Source: Candidatus Latescibacterota bacterium (lineage in GTDB: Bacteria > Latescibacterota > UBA2968 > UBA8231). Taken from it: a stretch of DNA of 64,000 nucleotides. The notes beneath the pieces are model-generated. The model searched no databases. It was not told where the DNA came from and saw only the letters and a program-made list of their open reading frames with translations. The translations under genes and the position numbers were made by a program. Each line of letters begins with the position of its first letter. The first letter of the stretch is position 1. Where the stretch lies: the NCBI GenBank assembly GCA_965203175.1, contig OZ241867.1:4544001-4608000 (forward strand), given 5' to 3'. Below, one piece after another: positions 1 through 8,969 of this stretch.

Positions 1-847
1 CTTTGAGGAAGAAGAACGCCACAAACGGCACAATCACTGCAAAAGTAAGACCCGAGATCACCCCCTCGATAAACATCGTAGTGCCCCCCAACATGGTCTT
101 CATCAGCCGCTCGCCATGTTCCCGGATCAACTCGGCGAGGCGGAAATCGCTCCCCAAATAGGGCTGCAGCATGGGCTCAATGCTTGAGGCTCTAGCGCTG
201 GTTTCCGTCAGGATCCTATCGCCTATTTCCACCAAGACGTTGGGGTCGACCTTGCCAAAACCAACATCGGCACGCGAAAACACAACGGAACCCGATTTGC
301 CTACTGCTTGGTCCCCGGCGACCGCACCGCTATTGCCGTGGACGCTAATGCGCTGGCTGTACTCGTCTTTTCCCTGCGAGTACGCGATCAAGAGCGCGTT
401 TGCAGCCGGTGAGTGGTCTTTGGGCACAAAGCGAAGGTGAATTGCCAATTCCTCCCTGGGAGCGATCCCTAGTGGCCAGCGGTGTTCCTCTCTTAGGACG
501 AACGGCTGTTCCCGCGAATCGTCTTCCCAAGCCATCCCTTGGATGATTAGGAGTTTGTCGCCGGTGTTGGCGATGGTAAGAACCTGATCAACCGTTTCTC
601 CGGTCAGCTTATCTCCGACCTTGAATGCGCCTATCCCCAACCCGGCAAAAACGATCAAGAAAACAAAAAGTGTACTCCAAACTCGCCCCAAGCCCCTTCT
701 CTCCATCCAATCGACGATCGGGTAGAGGATATAGGCCAAGACGAAGGCGAAAACAAAAGGAGTAAGAATTCCGCGAATCTCGTATAGAAACCACCCGAGG
801 ACCGCTACGGCCACCAAGCCGATTGCGACTTTAACTTGCCAATTCAT
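1..847 (-). CDS. AI-2E family transporter with inserted Ig-like domain (3' end runs off window)
   Basis: Not in ORF track; hand translation from ATG at 847 is open to the window edge: MNWQVKVAIGLVAVAVLGWFLYEIRGILTPFVFAFVLAYILYPIVDWMERRGLGR...VIVPFVAFFFLK. 'PF..AFVLAYIL.P.VD..ERRG..R' and 'P.VAFFFLK' are AI-2E motifs. Start overlaps the upstream stop (ATGA). Confidence 0.88.
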   Translation of the reverse strand, partial: MNWQVKVAIGLVAVAVLGWFLYEIRGILTPFVFAFVLAYILYPIVDWMERRGLGRVWSTLFVFLIVFAGLGIGAFKVGDKLTGETVDQVLTIANTGDKLLIIQGMAWEDDSREQPFVLREEHRWPLGIAPREELAIHLRFVPKDHSPAANALLIAYSQGKDEYSQRISVHGNSGAVAGDQAVGKSGSVVFSRADVGFGKVDPNVLVEIGDRILTETSARASSIEPMLQPYLGSDFRLAELIREHGERLMKTMLGGTTMFIEGVISGLTFAVIVPFVAFFFLK

Positions 848-1422
848 TGTATATTACCTGCCCGCCGCGCCCCTTTTAGCAGGCGCTCGGGGGTGCGTAG
901 CTGCACCGAGAATTTCTTTATCAGTTCGGGTACGTCGGTCGAGATCATTTGCGCTAAGCCCTCGACCATCTTCAAGGCGAGTGGGGTGTTGTTCTCTAGG
1001 AGTTCAAGTAAGTCGGGGCGGCAAAACACGAGGAGCCTACAAGGTTGGAGGGCGTAAGCTGAAGCGGAGCGCGGCAATTCATCTACAAGGGCCTGCGCGC
1101 CGAAAAAATCTCCACGTGTCAAGGTGGCTAGCTGTTTCTCAAACCCATCGTCGCCTATCTGTGCGATCCGCACTTGGCCGGAGGCGACGATGTACATCCC
1201 CATCCCGGGATCCCCTTGGTTGATAATCGTTTCGCCGGCTCGCCAATTCCGCGGCCCGTAGAGCATGTCTTCTATCTTGTGCAGCTCGCGTCCGCTCAGG
1301 TCCTGAAAAATGGGCACTTTCTTCAAGAGCCTACAGGTGGAGGACTCTTCCTCCTTACGACCGCTCCTTACGCTTTCTTGCAGACGGCGAAAGACATGCC
1401 TCCAGAGAGGATTAGACGGCAT
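844..1422 (-). CDS. cyclic nucleotide-binding domain protein
   Basis: LKKVPIFQDLS, GETIINQGDPGMGMYIVASGQV, GDFFGAQAL..PRSASA; no obvious C-terminal HTH. ATG 1422 chosen for GGGAG spacing (GTG 1431 alternative). Confidence 0.85.
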   Translation of the reverse strand: MPSNPLWRHVFRRLQESVRSGRKEEESSTCRLLKKVPIFQDLSGRELHKIEDMLYGPRNWRAGETIINQGDPGMGMYIVASGQVRIAQIGDDGFEKQLATLTRGDFFGAQALVDELPRSASAYALQPCRLLVFCRPDLLELLENNTPLALKMVEGLAQMISTDVPELIKKFSVQLRTPERLLKGARRAGNIQ

Positions 1423-1475
1423 CTTTAGCACTCCCGCTCAGACCGGCAACGCCCCAAACCCTCTCGTCCGCACAA

Positions 1476-1802
1476 TTAGGCCAATGCGGTCTCTAGCTTT
1501 TCGGTGATTTGCCCTTTGGGGACGGCGCCAATGATCTGGTCGGCGACTTTGCCCCCTTTAAAAATGAGTAAGGTGGGGATGCTGCGGATGCCGAATTCGG
1601 CGGCTGTTTTCTGGGCCATATCGACGTCCAATTTGCACACTTTGGCCCTGCCCTCGTATTCACTGCTCAATTCTTGGACAATCGGGGCAATCACTCGGCA
1701 CGGGCCACACCACGTCGCCCAAAAATCCACGAGCACGGGCAGGCTGGTATCGAGAACTTCAGCACTGAAATTGTCATCGGTTAAGACGATGGGTTCACTC
1801 AC
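1476..1802 (-). CDS. trxA: thioredoxin
   Basis: VDFWATWCGPC active site, IRSIPTL, 108 aa. Confidence 0.97.
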   Translation of the reverse strand: MSEPIVLTDDNFSAEVLDTSLPVLVDFWATWCGPCRVIAPIVQELSSEYEGRAKVCKLDVDMAQKTAAEFGIRSIPTLLIFKGGKVADQIIGAVPKGQITEKLETALA

Positions 1803-1867
1803 GATAGGTCCTTTGCTTATTAGTTTATACTTTTCAACATGTTACAAACACAACACCTTGTGTTTCA

Positions 1868-1896
1868 ATTATAGTCCTAGCACTACCCATTGTCAA
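1868..1896 (-). promoter_or_regulatory. sigma70 promoter of trxA
   Basis: Perfect TTGACA-17 nt-TATAAT on the minus strand. Confidence 0.85.
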
Positions 1897-1898
1897 GC

Positions 1899-2918
1899 TT
1901 AGCGCTTCCTGCACAACTTGGCCACCAGCAATTCCAAAATTAGGTAATCTTGGCGTCGTCCCTGCGATTTCAGACGCCAATCGGCTTCCCTTAAGGCACT
2001 CAACCCCGCCCACAGCCAAGAGGCGGGACGGTGCTGGGCCTGCTCCAAATACCCAGGCAAAAAGAACGGCGCAACACCTAATTCAGCGGCCATTTTGTCG
2101 CGCGGCAGCGACTTGTCCATTAGCCCCTTAGCCTTGAGTAAAAGTTGAAAGTGGCGAGTGACCATAGCTACGGCACGGGTCGGCTCTTCTCCTTGGCGGA
2201 GAAACCTTTGCATCAACTCTTGAGCTAGTTTACCCTGCCCTTTGCCGAGGGCATCGGCGAGATCGAACACGCCAGCCCCGCGTGTGATACCGGCGACCTG
2301 TTCAACCACAGAGGCAGTGATCAACTGCCCCTCCCCAACAAAACTGACCAACTTTTCTATCTCGCTGACTAGCTCGCGTGGTTTGGCCCCCACGTACTGG
2401 CTGAGCAGCTGGACGGCCTCGGAATCAATCTGTATCCCTTGGCGCTTGGAGTACCGCTGTATCCACTGCGGAACTTGGTTTTCGTAGGGCAGCCTAAATT
2501 CTAGCGCGCGACCCCGCTGCGAAAGTTCGCGAAAGAACTTCCGGCGCATATCCACCTTTTGGCCCACCACCAGCAGCCGACTGGTCCCCACCGGCGTTGT
2601 AAATACGCGCTCCAAACCGCGACACTGGTCAGCCGCTAGGGCCTCGGCATCGCGCAACACAATCAGTCGGCTCTCGGCCATCATGGGATAGGTCTCATAT
2701 ACCTGAAAAAAATCCAGCACCTCCAGGCGCTCGGCCCTCAGTACGTCGAGATTGAAATCCCGCGTCTGGGCTGGTACCAAAGCTTCTATCATAGACGCGA
2801 CCAAGGCTTCGCGCTCGTATTCCTCGTCCCCGTGAAGCAAATAAAAAGGGCGAACATCCCCCTTGGCGATTTCGGCCAGCAGTTGTTCAGGACTTAGCCC
2901 TTTGGCTCGCTTAGCCAC
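1899..2918 (-). CDS. holA: DNA polymerase III subunit delta
   Basis: FYLLHGDEEY, YPMMAESRLIVL, SEIEKL, VFDLADAL, EAD.RLKS motifs; 339 aa. Confidence 0.92.
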   Translation of the reverse strand: MAKRAKGLSPEQLLAEIAKGDVRPFYLLHGDEEYEREALVASMIEALVPAQTRDFNLDVLRAERLEVLDFFQVYETYPMMAESRLIVLRDAEALAADQCRGLERVFTTPVGTSRLLVVGQKVDMRRKFFRELSQRGRALEFRLPYENQVPQWIQRYSKRQGIQIDSEAVQLLSQYVGAKPRELVSEIEKLVSFVGEGQLITASVVEQVAGITRGAGVFDLADALGKGQGKLAQELMQRFLRQGEEPTRAVAMVTRHFQLLLKAKGLMDKSLPRDKMAAELGVAPFFLPGYLEQAQHRPASWLWAGLSALREADWRLKSQGRRQDYLILELLVAKLCRKR

Positions 2919-3105
2919 GATCTTTGCGTTCTACCTCTTCTTCATCCAATATGCTGTATTCGGCCTCGGCGACGCGGCTCGGATCAATGCTGCCGTGCTT
3001 GTTGGATGTGCCTCGGCGAGGCCCACCCCTTAGCTGTCGGTACACGGCGTAACACAGCAACACGATCGCCGTCGCCAGCAGCAGTTTGAACAACATGAAC
3101 ACCAT
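2911..3105 (-). CDS. small single-TM hypothetical protein
   Basis: N-terminal hydrophobic helix and acidic tail (VAEAEYSILDEEE); overlaps holA start by 8 nt. Confidence 0.7.
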   Translation of the reverse strand: MVFMLFKLLLATAIVLLCYAVYRQLRGGPRRGTSNKHGSIDPSRVAEAEYSILDEEEVERKDRG

Positions 3106-3144
3106 GGCTTGTTCATCCCTTCTTTCTGCCCGGAAATTTAATGC

Positions 3145-3174
3145 AAAAAGCTCCCCCTGTTACCGGGGGAGCTC
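3145..3174 (-). terminator. intrinsic terminator
   Basis: AGCTCCCCC/GGGGGAGCT stem followed by a T-run on the minus strand. Confidence 0.7.
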
Positions 3175-3202
3175 TACGCAATGCAGCGAGCGGCGGACTC
3201 GA

Positions 3203-3658
3203 CTATTCCACGGCTTCCCACTTGAGCGGGAAGGGTTCGGTCTTGCCGGCCCTCTCCCACATTATCTCTAGGTTGCCATATATCTTGGTGAATTCGTCTT
3301 CGAGGCGCCCAATGCTCTTTTGGGCATTGGGCACAAAAGTCGGGAAGTCCGGCTCGACCAGCTTGCGCATCGCCGCCTTTAAGGCTCGCTTCATGGCGTT
3401 GTGCAAGGCCCGGAGACGCTTGTCTTCGAGCTCGACCTTCTCCAGCTCGTCGAGCAAGGTCTGCATGACCTGCTCGACGTCGTGGGCCTGAGAGGTCATG
3501 CCCTCGGTTGTTAAGTAGCGCTGATAGCGCATTAGCTGTTGGCTATGGCTTTCCAAGCCCTGCAAAGTCTGGATATAAGGAGTTAACTCATCTCTTTTTT
3601 CCCCACAGGCCAAAAGCCCGCTGACGACGAGTGCGATTATGATCGAATTTTTACGCAT
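3203..3658 (-). CDS. hypothetical helical lipoprotein
   Basis: MRKNSIIIALVVSGLLAC lipobox; GGAGG upstream of ATG 3658. Confidence 0.8.
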   Translation of the reverse strand: MRKNSIIIALVVSGLLACGEKRDELTPYIQTLQGLESHSQQLMRYQRYLTTEGMTSQAHDVEQVMQTLLDELEKVELEDKRLRALHNAMKRALKAAMRKLVEPDFPTFVPNAQKSIGRLEDEFTKIYGNLEIMWERAGKTEPFPLKWEAVE

Positions 3659-3701
3659 TGGTTCCTCCATTTCCCAAAGACATTGCTATATAAGCCCCAA
3701 C

Positions 3702-4562
3702 CTAATAATCTGTCGGGTATGCGTCAAATGGATGGCGGCGGCGATAGAGCACCGCGTTCAATTCACCGCCCAACAATAATGAAAAAGCCAGCAAGTACGC
3801 GGACAGCAAGAGGATGATGGCAGTCCCGAGTACGCCATGGATGATATTGTAATAGCTGAACCGCTCGATATAATCCAAGGCAATGGCTATGACCCCGGCC
3901 AAGCCAGAAGACATCACACTTCCCGGCAACACGTCCAACCAACGCAAGCGCACGGCAGGCATGATGTAGTAAATACAGGCGGCCGTGGTGACCATACCGA
4001 TCACGACCACCGCGCGCCTCAACAAGGCTACCAACGGAGCAAAGTGTGGAGAAGTCCAATAGCCCCTTAGCCAACTCTCGACGTGTTCGCCGAATATGAT
4101 GAGGTTAAAGAAAAAGACAAAAGAAATTCCCAAGACCACGATTAGGGCGAGCGAGAGAATGCGCCGCTTGTAGAAGGACCGATGCTCTTGCACGCCATAG
4201 GCTCGGTTGAGCGCCATCATCGTAGTGGACATGCTAGCCGACGCCGGCCAGATGACACCCAAGAATCCGATGACGAACAAACTCTGCGACGAGAGAAAGT
4301 TGATATTGTCTTCGACGACTGCCAGCAGCGGGACGGGGATGACAATACCTAAAAATTCGAGAACTTTGATGAAATCCTCAGGCGATATGCCTAGGAAGCC
4401 CAACAGGGCAGTCAGCACGAGAATACCTGGGAAAATGGCAAAAATAAAGTCAAAGGCCATGGCCGGGGCCGCAGTCGTGCAATCGTGGCGGTACGTCGCC
4501 ACCACGGCATCACGGCCAACTGCTAGACAGAAGGCGATCCGGCTTCTAAGCGCCTCTATCAC
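3702..4562 (-). CDS. YihY/virulence factor BrkB family membrane protein
   Basis: AMAF..IFAIFP, ALNRAYGV.E.RS, Y..I.G.LG..IILLL..YL...LL.GGELNA. GTG 4562 overlaps the hisN stop. Confidence 0.9.
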   Translation of the reverse strand: MIEALRSRIAFCLAVGRDAVVATYRHDCTTAAPAMAFDFIFAIFPGILVLTALLGFLGISPEDFIKVLEFLGIVIPVPLLAVVEDNINFLSSQSLFVIGFLGVIWPASASMSTTMMALNRAYGVQEHRSFYKRRILSLALIVVLGISFVFFFNLIIFGEHVESWLRGYWTSPHFAPLVALLRRAVVVIGMVTTAACIYYIMPAVRLRWLDVLPGSVMSSGLAGVIAIALDYIERFSYYNIIHGVLGTAIILLLSAYLLAFSLLLGGELNAVLYRRRHPFDAYPTDY

Positions 4563-5335
4563 TGTGGCTGACCCAGATGCCCCATGATGGATGCAAAGAG
4601 ATGGCCGTTGGAAGAGAAGGCGTCTTTGCCGTATATCGTCGGCACTCCCTGCCAATCGGTAAAGGTGCCTCCGGCTTCCTGCAGAATCGGCAGCAATGGC
4701 CCGCAGTCCCACGGATTCATAATGGGGTCGAAGCTGGCCTCGGCCCGGCCGGTGGCCACGAGAATGTGGCCGTAACAATCGCCCCACCCCCGGCGCAGCC
4801 GAGTGCTAGTGACCAGCTTCTGCCACTCCTGTTGGCGGCCCTGTTCGGCAAAGCTCGGCCACGATGTATAGCAGATACAGGCCTGGCCTAACTCGGTTAC
4901 CGCAGACACCGCCGCTCGCCTGCCATTCCACCAACAGCCCTCGCCCCTAGCGGCCCACACCATCTCGTCAAGGGCCGGCATATAGCAACAGCCTACGTCA
5001 ACCCCATCGGGCCCTTCTCGCGCGATGAGCACTCCGTAAAGCGGCACCCCTTGGACAAAAGATTTCGTTCCGTCTATCGGGTCGATGATCCAACGCTTGC
5101 CGGAGCTTCCCTCAACTTGGCCAAACTCCTCGCCGACAATTCCGTCGTCGGGATAGGATAAGGCCAATAAGTCCCGTATCTTGGCCTCAGCTTCGCGGTC
5201 GGCGACGGTCACCGGCGATAGGTCTTCCTTCCACTCAGCGCGGATGCCCGACTGGAAGTAGCGCAGGGTGATCTTGCCCGCTTGCCAAGCCGCATCTACT
5301 GCAAAATCCAAGCAACTCCGCAGCGACGCGCTCAA
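4559..5335 (-). CDS. hisN: inositol monophosphatase family, probable histidinol-phosphatase
   Basis: SPVTVADREAE, GEEFG, WIIDPIDGTKSF, WGDCYG, PWD motifs. Confidence 0.8.
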   Translation of the reverse strand: MSASLRSCLDFAVDAAWQAGKITLRYFQSGIRAEWKEDLSPVTVADREAEAKIRDLLALSYPDDGIVGEEFGQVEGSSGKRWIIDPIDGTKSFVQGVPLYGVLIAREGPDGVDVGCCYMPALDEMVWAARGEGCWWNGRRAAVSAVTELGQACICYTSWPSFAEQGRQQEWQKLVTSTRLRRGWGDCYGHILVATGRAEASFDPIMNPWDCGPLLPILQEAGGTFTDWQGVPTIYGKDAFSSNGHLFASIMGHLGQPQ

Positions 5336-6165
5336 CCCAAAATCTCTCGGCGCAGATCGATGAGTAGCTGTAGGGCCGCGCGGATATCCCCGACTTGGTC
5401 CGGGGCGTATTCGCGCTCAATGGTCAGCGGCCCCTCGTACCCCAAATCGCGCAACTTCAAGAGGAAGGCCCTGATGTTGACGTCGCCTTGGCCAAGCGGC
5501 GCATCCTCGTACCACGGCTGGCCTGGGCGGCGCTCGATCGCGGCGTCTTTACAGTGTACGCTGCGGACAAAGCGCCCCACCCGATCCAAGGCTTCTAGGG
5601 GTGGGCCGGCCTGATAGAGGATCATATTGGCCGGATCGAAATTGACTGCGAGGTTCTCGCGGTCGACGGCCTCGATAAAAGCGAGAAGTTCATCGGCGGT
5701 CTCTTGACCGGTTTCCAAGTGAAAATACTGCCCGTGTCCCCGGCAGTGATCGCACACCGTGCGCGCAACTTCGACGACCGCAGCAAAATCCGGGTCCGAC
5801 TCCTCCGGCACGAAGCCTAAGTGCATGCCGACGGCATCCACGCCTAACGCGGCGGCAAAGTCTGCGATGGCCAAGGTCTCTTCGAGTCGGCGCTCTCGAC
5901 GGTCTAAAGGCACAAGCCCGACCGTTTGCTGAGCGATTTCCGGCGTGGTGTAATCGTCATCGGGAAAACCGGCGAAAACCACGCTGATTTCAATCCCGGC
6001 CGCGGCGAATTGGTCCTTGATTTCCGCTGTTTTCTCTGCAGTGCGAAAATCGCGACCTGGCGCGTGCAAGTGCACGGTGGAGACCCCTAGATCCTTCACC
6101 GAATCCAATCCGGCCCCCAAGCCCTCGTCGATAGAGGTAAATATGCCTGTTGCCCATTTGTTCAT
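5332..6165 (-). CDS. sugar phosphate isomerase/epimerase (xylose isomerase-like TIM barrel)
   Basis: LETGQE, NFDPAN, VHCKD, LTIERE metal-ligand motifs. Confidence 0.9.
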   Translation of the reverse strand: MNKWATGIFTSIDEGLGAGLDSVKDLGVSTVHLHAPGRDFRTAEKTAEIKDQFAAAGIEISVVFAGFPDDDYTTPEIAQQTVGLVPLDRRERRLEETLAIADFAAALGVDAVGMHLGFVPEESDPDFAAVVEVARTVCDHCRGHGQYFHLETGQETADELLAFIEAVDRENLAVNFDPANMILYQAGPPLEALDRVGRFVRSVHCKDAAIERRPGQPWYEDAPLGQGDVNIRAFLLKLRDLGYEGPLTIEREYAPDQVGDIRAALQLLIDLRREILG

Positions 6166-6194
6166 TTCGGTCCTCTCCATTTGATTGCAAACAA

Positions 6195-6230
6195 ATTAAA
6201 AGAGGGGACAGCCAAGCCATCCCCTCTTTA
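6195..6230 (-). terminator. intrinsic terminator
   Basis: AAAGAGGGGA/TCCCCTCTTT stem with T-rich tail on the minus strand. Confidence 0.65.
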
Positions 6231-6248
6231 CGTAAATCCACGCGCCGC

Positions 6249-6404
6249 TTATCTCCTCGCGCTCCCTTCCTTTTCGTTGCGCCGCGTTCCCTCGGCCTGG
6301 GCAGCGTCCAAAACGGCCCGCACCCGCTGGCGAAAATTTTTGATCTGATTGTCAACTTCGTCTATGGAATTCAGCAGATCCTCCTCAACTGCATCTTCTG
6401 GCAT
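6249..6404 (-). CDS. 51-aa hypothetical helical protein
   Basis: Below ORF-track cutoff; MPEDAVEEDLLNSIDEVDNQIKNFRQRVRAVLDAAQAEGTRRNEKEGSARR, AGGAG upstream, followed by a terminator. Confidence 0.6.
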   Translation of the reverse strand: MPEDAVEEDLLNSIDEVDNQIKNFRQRVRAVLDAAQAEGTRRNEKEGSARR

Positions 6405-6455
6405 GGCATACTCCTGCGACTTTTGGGGAGCAGGGGAGCCTGTTGGGGGTCGTCT

Positions 6456-7316
6456 TCAAGCGCGGCTATAGGTGCGCAGATGATCGCAACGGCTGGGGTG
6501 CCGCAAACGGTGCAGCGCTTTCTCCTTAATTTGCCGGACTCGCTCTCGCGTAAGCCCAAAGCGCATACCGATCTGGTCCAAGGTCATAGGCTCTTCTCCG
6601 TTCAACCCAAAATAGAGACGGAGGATCTCGGCCTCGCGCCCGATGAGCCGACTTAGAGCCGAGTCGATCTGCCCGCGCAGGCAGCCGCGCATCACTTGGT
6701 TTTCAGGGGACTCTTGGCGCTCATCCGGCAGCACGTCGAGCAGGCTGTGGTCCTCTTCACCGAGAAAGGCCGCGTCTAGCGACCGCATTGAGCGACCGCA
6801 CAGCAAGGTTTCTTTAACCTCTTCAACTGGAACGTCGAGTTGCTCGGCGATAGCTTCCGGGTTGGGATCGTCGGTGCGCTCTTGCTGCAAAATGCGAGAC
6901 GCCTTTGATATCTTGTAGAGCAAGCCGATTTTATTTAGCGGCAAGCGGACTGTTCTCGACTGTTCGGCCAGCGTCTGTAGGATGGCTTGACGGATCCACC
7001 ACACTGCATAGGAAATGAATTTAAACCCCTTGTCTTCGTCAAAACGCTCAGCGGCGGTGATCAATCCCATATTCCCAGCACTGACCAAATCGGCAAGAGG
7101 AACGCCGCGATTTTGGTATTCCTTCGCCACGCTGACTACAAAGCGCAAATTCGCTTCGACTAATCTATTGCGGGCGTGCTCATCCCCTTGTTTGATCTTT
7201 CGCGCCAGATTGACCTCATCGGCCGGGGAGAGAGGCTTGGAATGGGCAATTTCGGCCAGATAACTCCCGAGGCAATCTTCCATGTCCCAAAATGGAGCTT
7301 TAGTCATTCCCGCCAT
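6456..7316 (-). CDS. RNA polymerase sigma factor, RpoD/SigA family (short form, no region 1.1)
   Basis: ANLRFVVSVAK.YQNRG, FKFISYAVWWIRQAI, LTRERVRQIKEKAL. Confidence 0.95.
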   Translation of the reverse strand: MAGMTKAPFWDMEDCLGSYLAEIAHSKPLSPADEVNLARKIKQGDEHARNRLVEANLRFVVSVAKEYQNRGVPLADLVSAGNMGLITAAERFDEDKGFKFISYAVWWIRQAILQTLAEQSRTVRLPLNKIGLLYKISKASRILQQERTDDPNPEAIAEQLDVPVEEVKETLLCGRSMRSLDAAFLGEEDHSLLDVLPDERQESPENQVMRGCLRGQIDSALSRLIGREAEILRLYFGLNGEEPMTLDQIGMRFGLTRERVRQIKEKALHRLRHPSRCDHLRTYSRA

Positions 7317-7389
7317 GAAACCATCCTCTTCGTTATAGAGTGGGGAGGAAAAGGAAAGCTACACGTGCATTAAACTAAAGATGTGTTAT

Positions 7390-7418
7390 AACTTAGCCGG
7401 GGTCACAAAACCTGTCAA
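7390..7418 (-). promoter_or_regulatory. putative sigma70 promoter of the sigma gene
   Basis: TTGACA-17 nt-TAAGTT on the minus strand. Confidence 0.55.
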
Positions 7419-7435
7419 GCAATTTCTCCCAACCC

Positions 7436-8149
7436 CTAAGCCCCCGTAAGTGCGCTTAAAACAGACTGTTGCACGGCCAATAGGCGATCTATGCCCACAG
7501 CCGCCAAGTCGATCAGTTCGACGGCCTGAGCGCGGGTAAAGGGACGCCCCTCAGCCGTGCCTTGGACTTCGACGATCCCCCCCGAGCCGGTCATGACGAC
7601 GTTCATATCAGTTTCGGCCCGGCTATCTTCCTCATAGCACAGATCCAATAGGGGCTGGTCTCCTACTACCCCGACGCTAACGGCGGCAACCTGATCTACG
7701 AGCACATCGCCTTGCAGCGTCTGCAACGCCTCTACTAAAGCCACATAAGCCCCTGTTATTGAGGCTGTGCGCGTCCCACCATCTGCCTGTATGACATCGC
7801 AATCGACATACAGTGTCCGCTCGCCTATTTGCTCCAAATGCACTACAGTGCGCAGCGATCGACCGATCAGACGCTGAATTTCCCGCGCCCGGCTATTGGA
7901 TTCGCGGGCTACTCGGCGCGCAGAGGAACCCGGCAGCATGCTGTACTCGGCGGTCAGCCATCCCTTACCGGTCCCCGCCAGAAAGGGCGGCACCCCATCT
8001 ACGGGCGATACCGTGCATAGCACTTTTGTATCGCCCATTTCGATCAGAGCCGATCCAGCCGCCGTTTTCAGATACCTCGGGGAGATTTGCACCGGTCGCA
8101 ATTGATCGGGCCGGCGTCCATCGCTGCGTTCCCAGCTTGTCTCACTCAT
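7436..8149 (-). CDS. rph: ribonuclease PH
   Basis: [53 protein letters not shown]. Confidence 0.97.
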   Translation of the reverse strand: MSETSWERSDGRRPDQLRPVQISPRYLKTAAGSALIEMGDTKVLCTVSPVDGVPPFLAGTGKGWLTAEYSMLPGSSARRVARESNSRAREIQRLIGRSLRTVVHLEQIGERTLYVDCDVIQADGGTRTASITGAYVALVEALQTLQGDVLVDQVAAVSVGVVGDQPLLDLCYEEDSRAETDMNVVMTGSGGIVEVQGTAEGRPFTRAQAVELIDLAAVGIDRLLAVQQSVLSALTGA

Positions 8150-8969
8150 TGAGGTGCATCCGATAATCAGGGCCAGCCATGGGGACGAGATGGCACATCT
8201 CTACTAGGCGCGAGTAGATGCGGCCTTTGGCGAGATCCCTGAGTTCGTCAAGGGGCTGGTTAGTCGTCACGACCGTGAACCGCTGGTCGCCGTAGCGGGC
8301 ATCTACGAGATCGTAGAGCATTTCTATTTCCCACTCGGTCCCCCGCTGGATGCCGAAGTCATCTAAGACGAGGTAGGGCATAGTGCACAACTCTTCGAGA
8401 ATTGACCAAGTGTGGCCATAGCGCTCGCTGTCGGCTGAATAGGTATCGCGCAACTTCTGAAAATACGTACGCGACAGACTGAGAAAGCGGCCTGGTTTGG
8501 CCCAGCGCAACATGAGCTCGTTGAGTGCAATGCAGCCCATCAAGGTCTTGCCCGTGCCGGGATTTCCGTGGAGGAGATAACCGCGCTTAGGCTCCTTTGC
8601 TGCTTCGATCAGGTCTTGGTGAATGCGGAGATAGACCGTGGTCGCTAGGTCGATGGGCGTCCCGTCTGGTGCCGCCATTCGGAAGTCGTCGACGAACTTC
8701 CACTTGTAGCGCTCGGGGATATCGGCCTGGCGAAACAGGCGGTTGGTTTCTGTCATTTTACGGCGATAGGGACGGCAAGGACACCACTGATTGCGCGAAT
8801 CGTCGTCCCAGTACTGGTAGGGTGCCCTGCCCCCACAGCGGCACTCGACGCACTCGCAAAGCCGAAGCGTACCATAGCGGCCCACCTCGACTATCGGGTC
8901 GTAGTATAGGCCCCCACCGCCGCACTTAGAACAGCGCGTCACTTTCTGGTTGGCCGCAGGCAAACTCAC
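8142..8969 (-). CDS. DnaC/IstB-like AAA+ ATPase with Cys-rich N-terminus
   Basis: CSKC, CEC, CRC, CPC; Walker A GNPGTGKT; Walker B LVLDDFG; TVVTTN; RIYSRL; GPDYR. Confidence 0.88.
   Translation of the reverse strand: MSLPAANQKVTRCSKCGGGGLYYDPIVEVGRYGTLRLCECVECRCGGRAPYQYWDDDSRNQWCPCRPYRRKMTETNRLFRQADIPERYKWKFVDDFRMAAPDGTPIDLATTVYLRIHQDLIEAAKEPKRGYLLHGNPGTGKTLMGCIALNELMLRWAKPGRFLSLSRTYFQKLRDTYSADSERYGHTWSILEELCTMPYLVLDDFGIQRGTEWEIEMLYDLVDARYGDQRFTVVTTNQPLDELRDLAKGRIYSRLVEMCHLVPMAGPDYRMHLNE

Noticed and set aside
171-794. Short ORF-track calls (171..440+, 345..530-, 609..794-)
   Set aside because: They are shadow frames of the AI-2E gene that runs from 847 to the window edge.
8142-8969. IS21 element or prophage suggested by the IstB-like ATPase
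   Set aside because: No IstA transposase, terminal repeats or phage genes; the gene overlaps housekeeping genes on both sides.
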